Source of the DNA: Candidatus Omnitrophota bacterium
Lineage (GTDB): Bacteria > Omnitrophota > Gorgyraeia > Zapsychrales > Zapsychraceae
Assembly: GCA_016931055.1 (NCBI GenBank)
Contig: JAFGFL010000072.1
Location: 1 to 57,700 of the forward strand
Direction: 5' to 3'
Length of the DNA stretch: 57,700 nucleotides
Shown here: positions 1-8,607 of the stretch, one piece after another
How the letters are laid out: each line of letters opens with the position of its first letter
How positions within the stretch are numbered: the first letter of the stretch is position 1
Position numbers and translations under genes: made by a program
The notes under the pieces: generated by a model
The model's input: the letters and a program-made list of their open reading frames with translations, nothing else
Told to the model about the DNA's origin: nothing
The model's database searches: none

Positions 1-106
1 AAAATGGATCGAGCTTCAGTTTAAAATCATTCAATCAGTACAGTGTAATGGCTTTTAATTATCAACCAAATTTCCGTGTCATAACCACTTAATTAGGTAA
101 TTAAGT

Positions 107-240
107 GAGGGGTCGGGGAGTTTTTTCTCAGATTCGACCCCTCATCCTGACGAGCAAAGCGAGGAAGGATCTCATGGGATCCTTCGTCACTGCGTTCCTC
201 AGGATGAGCCCCCCCGAGTAGAAAAACTCCCCGGGGGCTC
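107..240. mobile_element. MITE copy A (TIR GAG-N4-CGGGGAGTTTTT, 8-bp TSD AATTAAGT)
   Basis: Imperfect terminal inverted repeats; AATTAAGT at 99-106 and 241-248; homologous copies at 36596 and 40969. Confidence 0.85.
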
Positions 241-260
241 AATTAAGTTTGTGTCCCGTT

Positions 261-360
261 ATTCAGCTCATTTCAAATTTTTATGATAGAAGCGACCCGT
301 TAAGGCCGCTTCTTTCGGAAGCTTTTGAAACGTCTGGGGTTATCTGGAAACGGTTTGATT
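261..360. repeat. ~100-bp structured direct repeat, copy 1
   Basis: Aligns by eye with 1697-1790 and 2568-2667; internal hairpin AGAAGCG(288-294)/CGCTTCT(307-313). Confidence 0.9.
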
Positions 361-428
361 GGTTTACTTGTTTGTTGTTGTTTCCTGTAAGCGTGGGTAA
401 TTTTGTTGGCGTAGTGTTCGCAGAAATT

Positions 429-1052
429 CTAAATCCATCCATCCCTTTCAAGACAAACCCTCATACAAGGAGGACTAACAAGGAACGTATCTGCCAGAAA
501 TCCGATTATTAATCGTTTCTTTAAATCACTACTGGTAATTCTGTGCGCTTTCATAACTTCATCAGCTTTTTGAATTGCTTTCTCAAATTCTTCTTTCAAA
601 GGAGTGGCAGGAACCAAAACAAGTCCAGCAAAATCATTGGCTTCATATTCAATAACCTTTACAGGCCAATCAGATATATCATTTACAATTATTTTCCAAT
701 CATCAATTGTTTGGATATCAAATTGTTCAAAAAAGTATTGGTGGAGTTCTCTATGTGCAATTTCGTGGGCCAACGTAAACCTATAGCGCGTGATAATTGT
801 TCTTTGTACATAATCATCAACACTAATACTGCTAAAATCTGCAGCAATAAAACCGTCGATTTCTAACTCAAAACCTTGTAGCGCTTGCTTCAATCCGGGA
901 ATGGGGATAATGTCTATTTTCAGTTGATTATCAATTATCTCTTCAATTGGAATAGGAAGCGTATAGGAAGGATGGTGAGTTTTTAAAAATAATTCAGCTT
1001 TAGTTTTTATTTCATCAAAACTAATAGGAATTGGCACAATTTCCATTATCAA
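429..1052 (-). CDS. ImmA/IrrE-family metallopeptidase
   Basis: RFTLAHEIAH (HExxH) and EYEANDFAG motifs; ATGA overlap with upstream XRE gene. Confidence 0.9.
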   Translation of the reverse strand: MIMEIVPIPISFDEIKTKAELFLKTHHPSYTLPIPIEEIIDNQLKIDIIPIPGLKQALQGFELEIDGFIAADFSSISVDDYVQRTIITRYRFTLAHEIAHRELHQYFFEQFDIQTIDDWKIIVNDISDWPVKVIEYEANDFAGLVLVPATPLKEEFEKAIQKADEVMKAHRITSSDLKKRLIIGFLADTFLVSPPCMRVCLERDGWI

Positions 1053-1411
1053 GATTCTTTGATCTTCCTGATTATTTCGTTTAATTCATCCTCGGAAAAC
1101 TTTCCGTCCCTCATTTTCCGAAATAACACAGGTAATCGGACAAGAGTATCATGGTCTTTTAAATCAGCAGGTATTTTGCCAGCACTAATGGCAGCTAAAT
1201 CTTGGAAATGTTGCCACTCTTCGCTACCAATTTCAATTTTTAAATATTCTGCATATTTACGCAACTTTTCCTCATTTGTCGGGGGGGCCATTTTGCTTCT
1301 TTCAATCTTACTGATGTTGCCCGGGTCTAAATCATGCAGCTCACAAAACTGTCTTAATGTTAACCCTATCGCAATTCTCTTTTCTTTAAAAAATTCTCCA
1401 AAGTTTTCCAT
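1049..1411 (-). CDS. XRE-family HTH transcriptional regulator
   Basis: FGEFFKEKR..LTLRQFC..ISKIERS HTH; GGAGG RBS upstream. Confidence 0.9.
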   Translation of the reverse strand: MENFGEFFKEKRIAIGLTLRQFCELHDLDPGNISKIERSKMAPPTNEEKLRKYAEYLKIEIGSEEWQHFQDLAAISAGKIPADLKDHDTLVRLPVLFRKMRDGKFSEDELNEIIRKIKES

Positions 1412-1445
1412 TAGATTTTACCTCCTTCCTTCTGTCTTTATTAAA

Positions 1446-1505
1446 TTGTATTCTTTTTACAACGCTTCTCTGATATAAGTATGACACATTGTAACAAAAT
1501 TACAA
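1446..1505. promoter_or_regulatory. Two TTGTA-N7-TACAA palindromes, candidate XRE operators
   Basis: 1446-1462 and 1489-1505, directly upstream of the xre gene. Confidence 0.6.
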
Positions 1506-1696
1506 CAGTAAAAAGCAAGCCATTAAAATTTCATCTTGACTTAACCTACTGCTATTAAATAAGTTAAGATGCTTTTTATAAGTTCAGAAATTGAAATTTC
1601 GGAAATATAACAAATAAATCCCAAAATGTCAAGTTTTTTTAATTGGATTGAAATGCTCATAATTTTGTTCATTTATTTAACACGGGTACTTTTCTG

Positions 1697-1790
1697 CATA
1701 ACTCAGCACATTTCAAATCTTTATAATAGAAGTGGACGCTTTAGCCAGAAGCTTTTGAAACGACTGGGGTTATCCAGAAACGGTTTGATT
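1697..1790. repeat. ~100-bp structured direct repeat, copy 2
   Basis: Same repeat family, with a shortened central hairpin. Confidence 0.9.
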
Positions 1791-1804
1791 ATTTTTTATT
1801 AGTT

Positions 1805-2491
1805 CTAAATTTCGAGTTGCCATGCCCGATCAAGATGGCTTCCTTTCAGTTCAATGATTCCGCTTGTGGTGACAACTATCTTGATTGTTGGGTTCCCAGC
1901 AAGCGGATTGAAAAAAACCTTAGCACTTTTTTTGTCGTCCGAAACCTCACCCACACCACCTACCATAGCGTGATGATCCACTGATCCCCCGAATGAGACA
2001 ATAGTCAAATCGCCTTCGATTACTCTTGCGTTGAATATATAGCCATCTACACGGCTATTATTGGATGGACGAAATTGCACGATTGCTTCGTAACCTAAAC
2101 TCGTTTGCTTGATTTGCTTACCTAGAGGAACAAGAATTGGAGGGCCATATAGTTTCTTTGTTTGATCCACTTCGCTCTGAAGTTCCCCAATCTGTTTGGT
2201 TTGTTCAGCATCCTTTTTCTGCAGCTCGACTACATAGTCAGCAAGTTTTTGAAGAGCTTCTTTTTCATCACCCGTGTACTTCTCGAGGGCAATTGTCCGA
2301 AAAGGCATGAGAAGTGTCTCAAGACGTTGAATCTCAGCACTCTTGTCTACAATCTCACGTTCTAACATCTTATTATCTTGTTTAAGTTGGGATCGCTGAT
2401 GCCAGATAGTAACCAGCGTCATTATAATAAGACCTATTGCAGTCACTATCGCAACTTGAACGCTTGCTTTATGATAAAATTTCTGATTCAT
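1805..2491 (-). CDS. Hypothetical protein: N-terminal TM helix, coiled coil, beta-rich C-terminal domain
   Basis: Long ORF; start chosen at ATG 2491 (MNQKFY). Confidence 0.75.
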   Translation of the reverse strand: MNQKFYHKASVQVAIVTAIGLIIMTLVTIWHQRSQLKQDNKMLEREIVDKSAEIQRLETLLMPFRTIALEKYTGDEKEALQKLADYVVELQKKDAEQTKQIGELQSEVDQTKKLYGPPILVPLGKQIKQTSLGYEAIVQFRPSNNSRVDGYIFNARVIEGDLTIVSFGGSVDHHAMVGGVGEVSDDKKSAKVFFNPLAGNPTIKIVVTTSGIIELKGSHLDRAWQLEI

Positions 2492-2567
2492 ATCACATCT
2501 TTCCACTATTCCTCTAAAGGTTAGCCAGTACCTAGCACCGGAAAACAAGCCAAAACGTTTCTATATG

Positions 2568-2667
2568 ATTCAGCACATCTCAAATCTTCATGATAGAAGT
2601 GACCCGTTAGTGACACTTCTGTCAGAACCTTTTATAACTTATGGGATTATCTAGAAACGGTTTGACT
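2568..2667. repeat. ~100-bp structured direct repeat, copy 3
   Basis: Hairpin AGAAGTG(2595-2601)/CACTTCT(2614-2620). Confidence 0.85.
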
Positions 2668-2689
2668 AGTTCTATTATTTTATTTTTTG

Positions 2690-3073
2690 CTAGGCATTTT
2701 TTATAATCTTATTTGCTACACTCACAATATCAAATCCAACATAAAAAGATAGTAAGCTAACTAATCCAAAATTTGGCGTTACTATATGATATTTATCACT
2801 GAATATAAATACTAAAATAAACACTACCGCTACCAGAAGAGGATAATAAAGGAAATAGTTCACGAAGCAGTCTCTCACAGCTATATTTTTTAATTTTTCT
2901 TCCTCTTTCCATTTTATGTATACATATGTAAAAGCTCTAAGAGATAATCCTAATGCTGAAAATCCTATATAGCCTGATATGTTTGAATCATTGCGGTATC
3001 CAGCATCGAAAAACATCAAAGATAATAAAATATAAAATATCCCTGCTATTCCTTTTACCGTTCGTTCTCTCAT
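2690..3073 (-). CDS. Hypothetical membrane protein (about 4 TM)
   Basis: Hydrophobic segments; AAGGGG RBS; very AT-rich. Confidence 0.7.
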   Translation of the reverse strand: MRERTVKGIAGIFYILLSLMFFDAGYRNDSNISGYIGFSALGLSLRAFTYVYIKWKEEEKLKNIAVRDCFVNYFLYYPLLVAVVFILVFIFSDKYHIVTPNFGLVSLLSFYVGFDIVSVANKIIKNA

Positions 3074-3228
3074 TAATAATCCCCTTTCATCACCTGATCA
3101 GATTATTAACTACTGCAACACCGGGTGTTGCCGACAGAATAAGCGGCTTTTCGTACCACTTAACTTGAAACCCCTTGCTTAATAGCAGTTTGCCGGTACC
3201 CGGTAATGTATTTTTTTCAGTGCGCCTA

Positions 3229-3471
3229 TTAATGCTTACGATCCCTTGGCGGATTCGGATCATGTCCAGGCGGAACTGTGTCGCTGTCGCGAATTGGTCC
3301 ATTTGGGCTGTGTATTCTCACTTCGCCTCCACCGCTATTTGCTGCCATTTTCTTCGCTGCTTTCTCTGCTTCAAACTGCGTATCATAGTAACCAGCAACA
3401 CGGTCGGTCTTTTCTCGCTTCGCGCGCCAATCACCTGACTCTTTATCTTTTGAAACGTGATAGTTTGCCAT
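3229..3471 (-). CDS. DUF2188-like small protein
   Basis: YHV..W..KRE...TQxEA...GEVRIH..G.IRDSDT pattern; GGAGG RBS before ATG 3471. Confidence 0.85.
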   Translation of the reverse strand: MANYHVSKDKESGDWRAKREKTDRVAGYYDTQFEAEKAAKKMAANSGGGEVRIHSPNGPIRDSDTVPPGHDPNPPRDRKH

Positions 3472-3572
3472 AGGAATCCTCCATAAATAAATAACCATAG
3501 CCCTTGAACTCCCTTAGGACTATGGTAAAGTATTTACAAGGGTTAAAATAATAGCCGTTTTTTACTGCCCTA

Positions 3573-3602
3573 GCCCAGAGTTCGCGCTCTGGGCTTTCTT
3601 TT
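3573..3602. terminator. Hairpin AGCCCAGAG/CTCTGGGCT, probable terminator
   Basis: GC stem at the end of the MTase/nuclease cluster. Confidence 0.55.
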
Positions 3603-3799
3603 CACTTTTCAACGGCCTCTTCAATCGCGGCCTTAAAAACTGTGTCAATGCCGAAAGTCAGACCTGATTCAATACATTTTTCGGCTGTGCGCATCTCATA
3701 ATCAGTTAATCTGCGCTCAAGCCTGTTTACTGCGACACCTTGCACATCCTCGGCAGTTATAGCGAAAACTATTCTATCGTCATCACGATTGAAATTCAT
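3602..3799 (-). CDS. Hypothetical 65-aa protein
   Basis: Co-oriented, 17 bp downstream of the nuclease gene. Confidence 0.65.
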   Translation of the reverse strand: MNFNRDDDRIVFAITAEDVQGVAVNRLERRLTDYEMRTAEKCIESGLTFGIDTVFKAAIEEAVEK

Positions 3800-3816
3800 A
3801 ATTGCGCTTCCATTCC

Positions 3817-4299
3817 TTATAATTTCGGTATTAATGAACCATAATCAATTGATCCTGATCTGGCGTTCCATTTACATACCTTCATCATATTGCTGTGCCC
3901 GGGGCCATACCTTAATAAATCTTCTCTCTTGTAAATCTTGAAGATCCTCTCTAATGCTCCCAGTCCCTTTGATGAAATTAAAAAGGATTCGACCGGATTT
4001 AAGAGCTGAGTGTAACCCCAGAGTTGTCCTAAATCTTTTAACGTTAAAGGAGCATCTTTCACCTCAACAAAAACCAACCTAACATTGTGCCCTCGCATAA
4101 GAATGCCAACAATATCAACCTTAATCGATAATCCAACAGCTTCCTTAATTTCGATTCCTAATTCCTTGAGACAACCATCTAAATTCTGTCTGGATGTTTT
4201 GTGTGTTGTAATAATTTTATTTGCCGGATATTTTTCCACCAAATATACCTTGAGCCATTCTTCAATATCTGGATATAATTTTTCTTCCTCTTTGCTCAT
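3817..4299 (-). CDS. PD-(D/E)xK nuclease-like protein (putative restriction subunit)
   Basis: VDIVG...VFVEVK...LGQLWGY motif order of Mrr/NucS-like nuclease folds; start ATG 4299. Confidence 0.7.
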   Translation of the reverse strand: MSKEEEKLYPDIEEWLKVYLVEKYPANKIITTHKTSRQNLDGCLKELGIEIKEAVGLSIKVDIVGILMRGHNVRLVFVEVKDAPLTLKDLGQLWGYTQLLNPVESFLISSKGLGALERIFKIYKREDLLRYGPGHSNMMKVCKWNARSGSIDYGSLIPKL

Positions 4300-4301
4300 A
4301 T

Positions 4302-5261
4302 TTATCGTGGTTTGTAGCCTAAGATTTCGGCTATTTCGGTCCAATGATTAAAATGTTTACCTCTGATTTCGGCAGGCAATAATTCACTTTTTTCCATTGG
4401 ATGTGCCGGCCTGGATTTTCTTACCAGCTTCTTAACTTCCCAATAAAATTTCTTATGTTGTTGTTCGATCGTTCCTATTTGGGAAAGGAATTTTTCTTTA
4501 GTTTTTTCGTTCTTGGCATGTGATGCTTTTTTTCTCCGATCCTTATCCCATTCACTACGATTTATATCAGCCAGTTTCTTTAAGATTTCCATCTTGTGAA
4601 TGATTCTGAATCCAATTTTCTCATAAAGATCGGCAAAGATTTTTATTTGATGTTCTTTGTTCCAAAAATTTTTATTTCCTTCTTTATATTTTTTGAGGTT
4701 ACCATCCCTCATATTCGGATGACCCCAATCAATATTTTGAACTGGAATATCCAAATCAGCCAATAAGTTGCAAATGTCAACAGCTAGAAACCAATTAACC
4801 GGTATTTCGACAAAAACTCTATGTGCGTAAGAGTAGCCATAGGCTTCGCCCCCATGACCAATATGAGCAGTGACATCGGATAATCCAATTAGGAACTCTT
4901 TTTTCATATCTGTAGATGCCAAATAAATATCTTTGGGGATCCTAAATTCTTTCCACGTGTTTTTATTTTTAAAATGTCGATTAATTTCTCTTATTAAGAA
5001 ATCCTCGTTGGGTTTAGAAAATTTGATGATTGTCTTTGTTCGCTCTTGAATAGTTCTGACGGAAACACTGATCAACGGCTCGATATTGTTTCTGAAGTCA
5101 TCTAGGCTTGCCTTTACAGAGAGCTGTGCGTCTTTGCCTTCTACAATTAAATTTTTATGAGGAATCTCGATTAAGATATCGGTTGTTGATTCCCCTCTCT
5201 TAATTATACCCTTTCCTGCAATCATTCCTAAAAGGTAAGCTAGTTCTGGGTTATCCACCAT
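4302..5261 (-). CDS. LAGLIDADG-like double-motif protein with degenerate catalytic residues
   Basis: ELAYLLGMIAGKG and KEFLIGLSDVTA, about 115 aa apart. Confidence 0.6.
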   Translation of the reverse strand: MVDNPELAYLLGMIAGKGIIKRGESTTDILIEIPHKNLIVEGKDAQLSVKASLDDFRNNIEPLISVSVRTIQERTKTIIKFSKPNEDFLIREINRHFKNKNTWKEFRIPKDIYLASTDMKKEFLIGLSDVTAHIGHGGEAYGYSYAHRVFVEIPVNWFLAVDICNLLADLDIPVQNIDWGHPNMRDGNLKKYKEGNKNFWNKEHQIKIFADLYEKIGFRIIHKMEILKKLADINRSEWDKDRRKKASHAKNEKTKEKFLSQIGTIEQQHKKFYWEVKKLVRKSRPAHPMEKSELLPAEIRGKHFNHWTEIAEILGYKPR

Positions 5262-5265
5262 ATAA

Positions 5266-6066
5266 TTATTTGCGTTTCCTAAAAATTAAAACATATTCAT
5301 GTACTTTATTTACCCTGAAAACCGAAGGCCAGCCCAATGGTTTCATATTATTATATTCGTGTTGTCTGTCCCAAATGATAATATCTTCAAAAATGAATCC
5401 AACGCCTTTCATTTTCTCAGCTAAATCAGAATGAAGCGGATAAAATCTGTCCTTTTTCCTAATATCCATAACCACAACCACACAATGACCGCCGATTTTT
5501 AAAACATCGTATACGGCTGAAAAGACTTGAATTAATTCAGATAAAAATTGTTCATAATTATCGATATTGCCTAAATTGGTTTTATCTTTACCATAATTCT
5601 TGATTCTCTTTCCATCAGCCGTTCTTCGCATATTGAGAATATCCCAATAGGGTGGAGATGTAAGACAAAGATCAATTGTTTGATCTTTTACGTATTCTTT
5701 TAAGAATCGAGCATCTGCATTGATAATTTCTATTTCTTTATCACTCAAAGCTCCATTCAGCCCTTTCAAACGCAGGTTTGCTAACTTTACAAATTCCTTT
5801 GATAAATCTATACCAATTGCCCGTCGATCTTGATTGTACGCGGCTATAATGGTACTGCCTATGCCCATAAACGGGTCTAACACAATATCATTTTTGCAGG
5901 TATAAGTTTTGATAATTTTCTCAGCAAGTGCCGAAGGGAACATGGCTGGGTGTTTAAAACTTCTTTCATCATCTGTCTTGCGGATATCCCGCCAAATGCT
6001 GAAGGAATGTTGAAGCCACTCCTTACCTGTTAAATCGTTATACCTAGTAGGGGGTTTTGTCACCAT
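5266..6066 (-). CDS. Amino DNA methyltransferase, probably N4-cytosine
   Basis: HPAMFP, DPFMGIGS (motif I) preceding TSPPY (motif IV). Confidence 0.9.
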   Translation of the reverse strand: MVTKPPTRYNDLTGKEWLQHSFSIWRDIRKTDDERSFKHPAMFPSALAEKIIKTYTCKNDIVLDPFMGIGSTIIAAYNQDRRAIGIDLSKEFVKLANLRLKGLNGALSDKEIEIINADARFLKEYVKDQTIDLCLTSPPYWDILNMRRTADGKRIKNYGKDKTNLGNIDNYEQFLSELIQVFSAVYDVLKIGGHCVVVVMDIRKKDRFYPLHSDLAEKMKGVGFIFEDIIIWDRQHEYNNMKPLGWPSVFRVNKVHEYVLIFRKRK

Positions 6067-7796
6067 AAGCTCCTTGGGGACAGCATTTTATTCACAGCAT
6101 CTTCAATCAATTTGATCTCTTGGTTGCTTAGATCATAAATGTCATATACAATTTTATCAATCTCTTTATTGTTCTCCTTCTGCGTTTCCTTATCATTAAT
6201 TTCATCAAGCGAATCAATAATCCGTATTAACCGGTTAAGGGATGCCTGATTCGGATTGGGAATAACCGGAATTGAGCCAATGTAAGATTTATCAAGATGC
6301 ATCGTCAATTTTGATCTATTAAACAGCGCATACATAATATAGAAATTGATTAATTTTGAATTTAGTAAAGCGAGGAAATATTTCCCTTCATCATCGTCCT
6401 TAACGACAATGTTTGTAACAGTATCAAGATTGAGCAGCTTGTGGGGGTCATAAGCAGCTATTACTCCAGCTTCCGACGAGAAAATGTTCTGTAAAACAAC
6501 CTTCTTTTGCTTGAGTTCATTTGTCTTTACTTTACTTTGTTTTTCCAATAACTCCTTCTTCATAAATGGAAGGTTCTTCAACCTGAATTTTGCAATATCT
6601 CTACCGCGAATTATTTTTTCGTATCCGATATCATTTTCCTGTTCTGCGCGATTCCCCCCTATAGGTAATCCTCTAAATATTTTATCATCCACAAGATTTT
6701 TTAATTCTATTCCAGCGTCAGACAGATTGGCGATTAAATTATAATGCTCCTGTAATTCGTATGTATAAAATCTCGGCATGTGAATAAGTTTCTTGTGGGA
6801 AAGAGTCATGCACGGCTGTTGTACCATTGTCTTATTTTTATCAGCAAATACGCAGATTCTTACATAGCTGTTGGCAATGCTTAGTTTCTTTCTGACAAAT
6901 AAAATAAATTGTTCCCCCCGAACATCTTTAAATTTTGATCCCAAATCATAAATCTGTAAAATATCTGTATTGTGGCTTAAATAGCTGCGTAGTTTCTGGT
7001 AAGAATCGACATAAAGAATAGACTTAGGTAATAAAAAGGCAAGCACACCTTGCTTCTTTAGTAGCTCCAGTGAACGTCCGATCATAAGAGTAGCGGCATT
7101 GACCGGGCCTTCTACAATTTGTCGATATATTGATTCTGAAGAATCAAAGTCTTTCAAATTTCTCAAGGTCACATAGGGGGGATTCCCGATTATAAAATCA
7201 AACCCGCCTCTTTGCATGACATCGGGATATTCATTCTTCCAACTGAACGCATTTTTATTTAATGCCGGATTTGAAACTATGCTGTTTCCTGATTTTATAT
7301 TTTGTTTAATAAAAGGAATGTATCTTCTATCGAAATCTGCTTTCATGTATATACATAGCCGAGTCATATTTGCGGCATCTTCATTAATATCGACCCCATA
7401 AATATTCCTCACAAATTCAGAAGAGTATCTCTCTTTGAATTTATCAAAAAGAGTTAAAAGGAATGAACCGCAGCCACAGGAAGGATCTAATATTTTTGAA
7501 TCTTCTTGGATATCGAGTTGAGAAATAATGTACTCGACTATGGTTTTAGGGGTATAGTATTGCCCCATGTCTTTACGCTCAAATTTTTCTAGAGAATGCT
7601 CAAAATGATCTATCATCGACTCATAAGAATAGCCCTTTCTTAAAGAATCAATAAAAAAGTTTTTTATATATCGATTACGAACATCAATTAAACTATCCGC
7701 TTCAACCAGGACTGAATTCAATGTTCCAACCTCTTCTTCAATTGATTGATTGACTCGATTGACATCCCCAATGGTTGTTGTTGATTCTAAACTCAT
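6060..7796 (-). CDS. N6-adenine DNA methyltransferase, gamma class, with TaqI-like C-terminal TRD
   Basis: GQYYTP, DPSCGCGSF, GNPPY, ALLNSKL motifs. Confidence 0.9.
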   Translation of the reverse strand: MSLESTTTIGDVNRVNQSIEEEVGTLNSVLVEADSLIDVRNRYIKNFFIDSLRKGYSYESMIDHFEHSLEKFERKDMGQYYTPKTIVEYIISQLDIQEDSKILDPSCGCGSFLLTLFDKFKERYSSEFVRNIYGVDINEDAANMTRLCIYMKADFDRRYIPFIKQNIKSGNSIVSNPALNKNAFSWKNEYPDVMQRGGFDFIIGNPPYVTLRNLKDFDSSESIYRQIVEGPVNAATLMIGRSLELLKKQGVLAFLLPKSILYVDSYQKLRSYLSHNTDILQIYDLGSKFKDVRGEQFILFVRKKLSIANSYVRICVFADKNKTMVQQPCMTLSHKKLIHMPRFYTYELQEHYNLIANLSDAGIELKNLVDDKIFRGLPIGGNRAEQENDIGYEKIIRGRDIAKFRLKNLPFMKKELLEKQSKVKTNELKQKKVVLQNIFSSEAGVIAAYDPHKLLNLDTVTNIVVKDDDEGKYFLALLNSKLINFYIMYALFNRSKLTMHLDKSYIGSIPVIPNPNQASLNRLIRIIDSLDEINDKETQKENNKEIDKIVYDIYDLSNQEIKLIEDAVNKMLSPRSLW

Positions 7797-7868
7797 GGCT
7801 TTCTCCTCTTCTTGCCAATGTGCAGAGGGGAAATTTCTTTAAGGGGATGCTACACATTGAAATTGTTA

Positions 7869-8492
7869 TTAAAATTCTGGAATCGTTGTTACCACCACAC
7901 CCTGAATCTGAAAATCTTTTGTCAGCACAATGGGCTGATGCGTTTTATTGGTTGATCTCGGTCTTAAAACATACGTCTCTTTGCCTATACGGAATTCCTT
8001 AATAGTTGCCTCATTATCAATTAATGCTACCACTATATCTTCATTTTGGGCTGTTGTCTGCTGACGAACAAGAACTAAATCACCATCGTTAATTCCTTTT
8101 TGATCCATCGAATCGCCTTTGGCCTTGAGTAAGAAATAACGATATGGCGGTTTGGCTAATTTGGTACTAACGGGGATATTGGCCTGTACATTTTCTTCAG
8201 CAAGCATTGGCACTCCGCAGGAAACCATCCCAACCAAAGGAACGTCTACAGTCTGGGCACGGGTGGTATCATCGCCTAAGCTCTTAACAAACTGAAGACC
8301 GCCATCTTTTTTGCGGCGCAGAACGCCTTTTCTGATTAATTTATCAACAATTAATGACGCTGAGCGTGGAGATTGGTAGCCAAGGGATGACATCAACTCG
8401 CGCATGGAAGGAATGCGACCAACGTGCATCAGGGAATTCCGGATTTCGCGGATGGCTTCTAATTCTTTATTGGTTACTACAGCTGCTTGCAT
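7869..8492 (-). CDS. lexA: LexA-family repressor
   Basis: wHTH (PSMREL..LGYQS), VPLVGMVSCGVP cleavage region, GDSM serine and ATIK lysine; start ATG 8492. Confidence 0.88.
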   Translation of the reverse strand: MQAAVVTNKELEAIREIRNSLMHVGRIPSMRELMSSLGYQSPRSASLIVDKLIRKGVLRRKKDGGLQFVKSLGDDTTRAQTVDVPLVGMVSCGVPMLAEENVQANIPVSTKLAKPPYRYFLLKAKGDSMDQKGINDGDLVLVRQQTTAQNEDIVVALIDNEATIKEFRIGKETYVLRPRSTNKTHQPIVLTKDFQIQGVVVTTIPEF

Positions 8493-8527
8493 GTATACAG
8501 TATTATACAGTTTATATAATTTGTCAA
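8493..8527 (-). promoter_or_regulatory. Probable lexA promoter with tandem ACTGTATA repeats
   Basis: Minus strand reads TTGACA-aattatataa-ACTGTATA-at-ACTGTATA-c-ATG; no SD sequence. Confidence 0.5.
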
Positions 8528-8607
8528 TGTTTTTCTTTCTTTTGGGGAACATTTCCGAGGTTTGTGGAAATAGTAACTACGGCAACTCCGGCTGTTGTAG
8601 ATATCCT

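Noticed and set aside
249-512. 87-aa plus-strand ORF
   Set aside because: It translates the structured repeat and overlaps the ImmA gene in antisense.
261-2667. CRISPR array from the three direct repeats
   Set aside because: Repeats are about 100 bp, diverged and separated by whole genes; no cas genes are present.
4302-5261. Intein or active homing endonuclease
   Set aside because: Free-standing ORF without splice-junction residues; the catalytic acidic positions are substituted.
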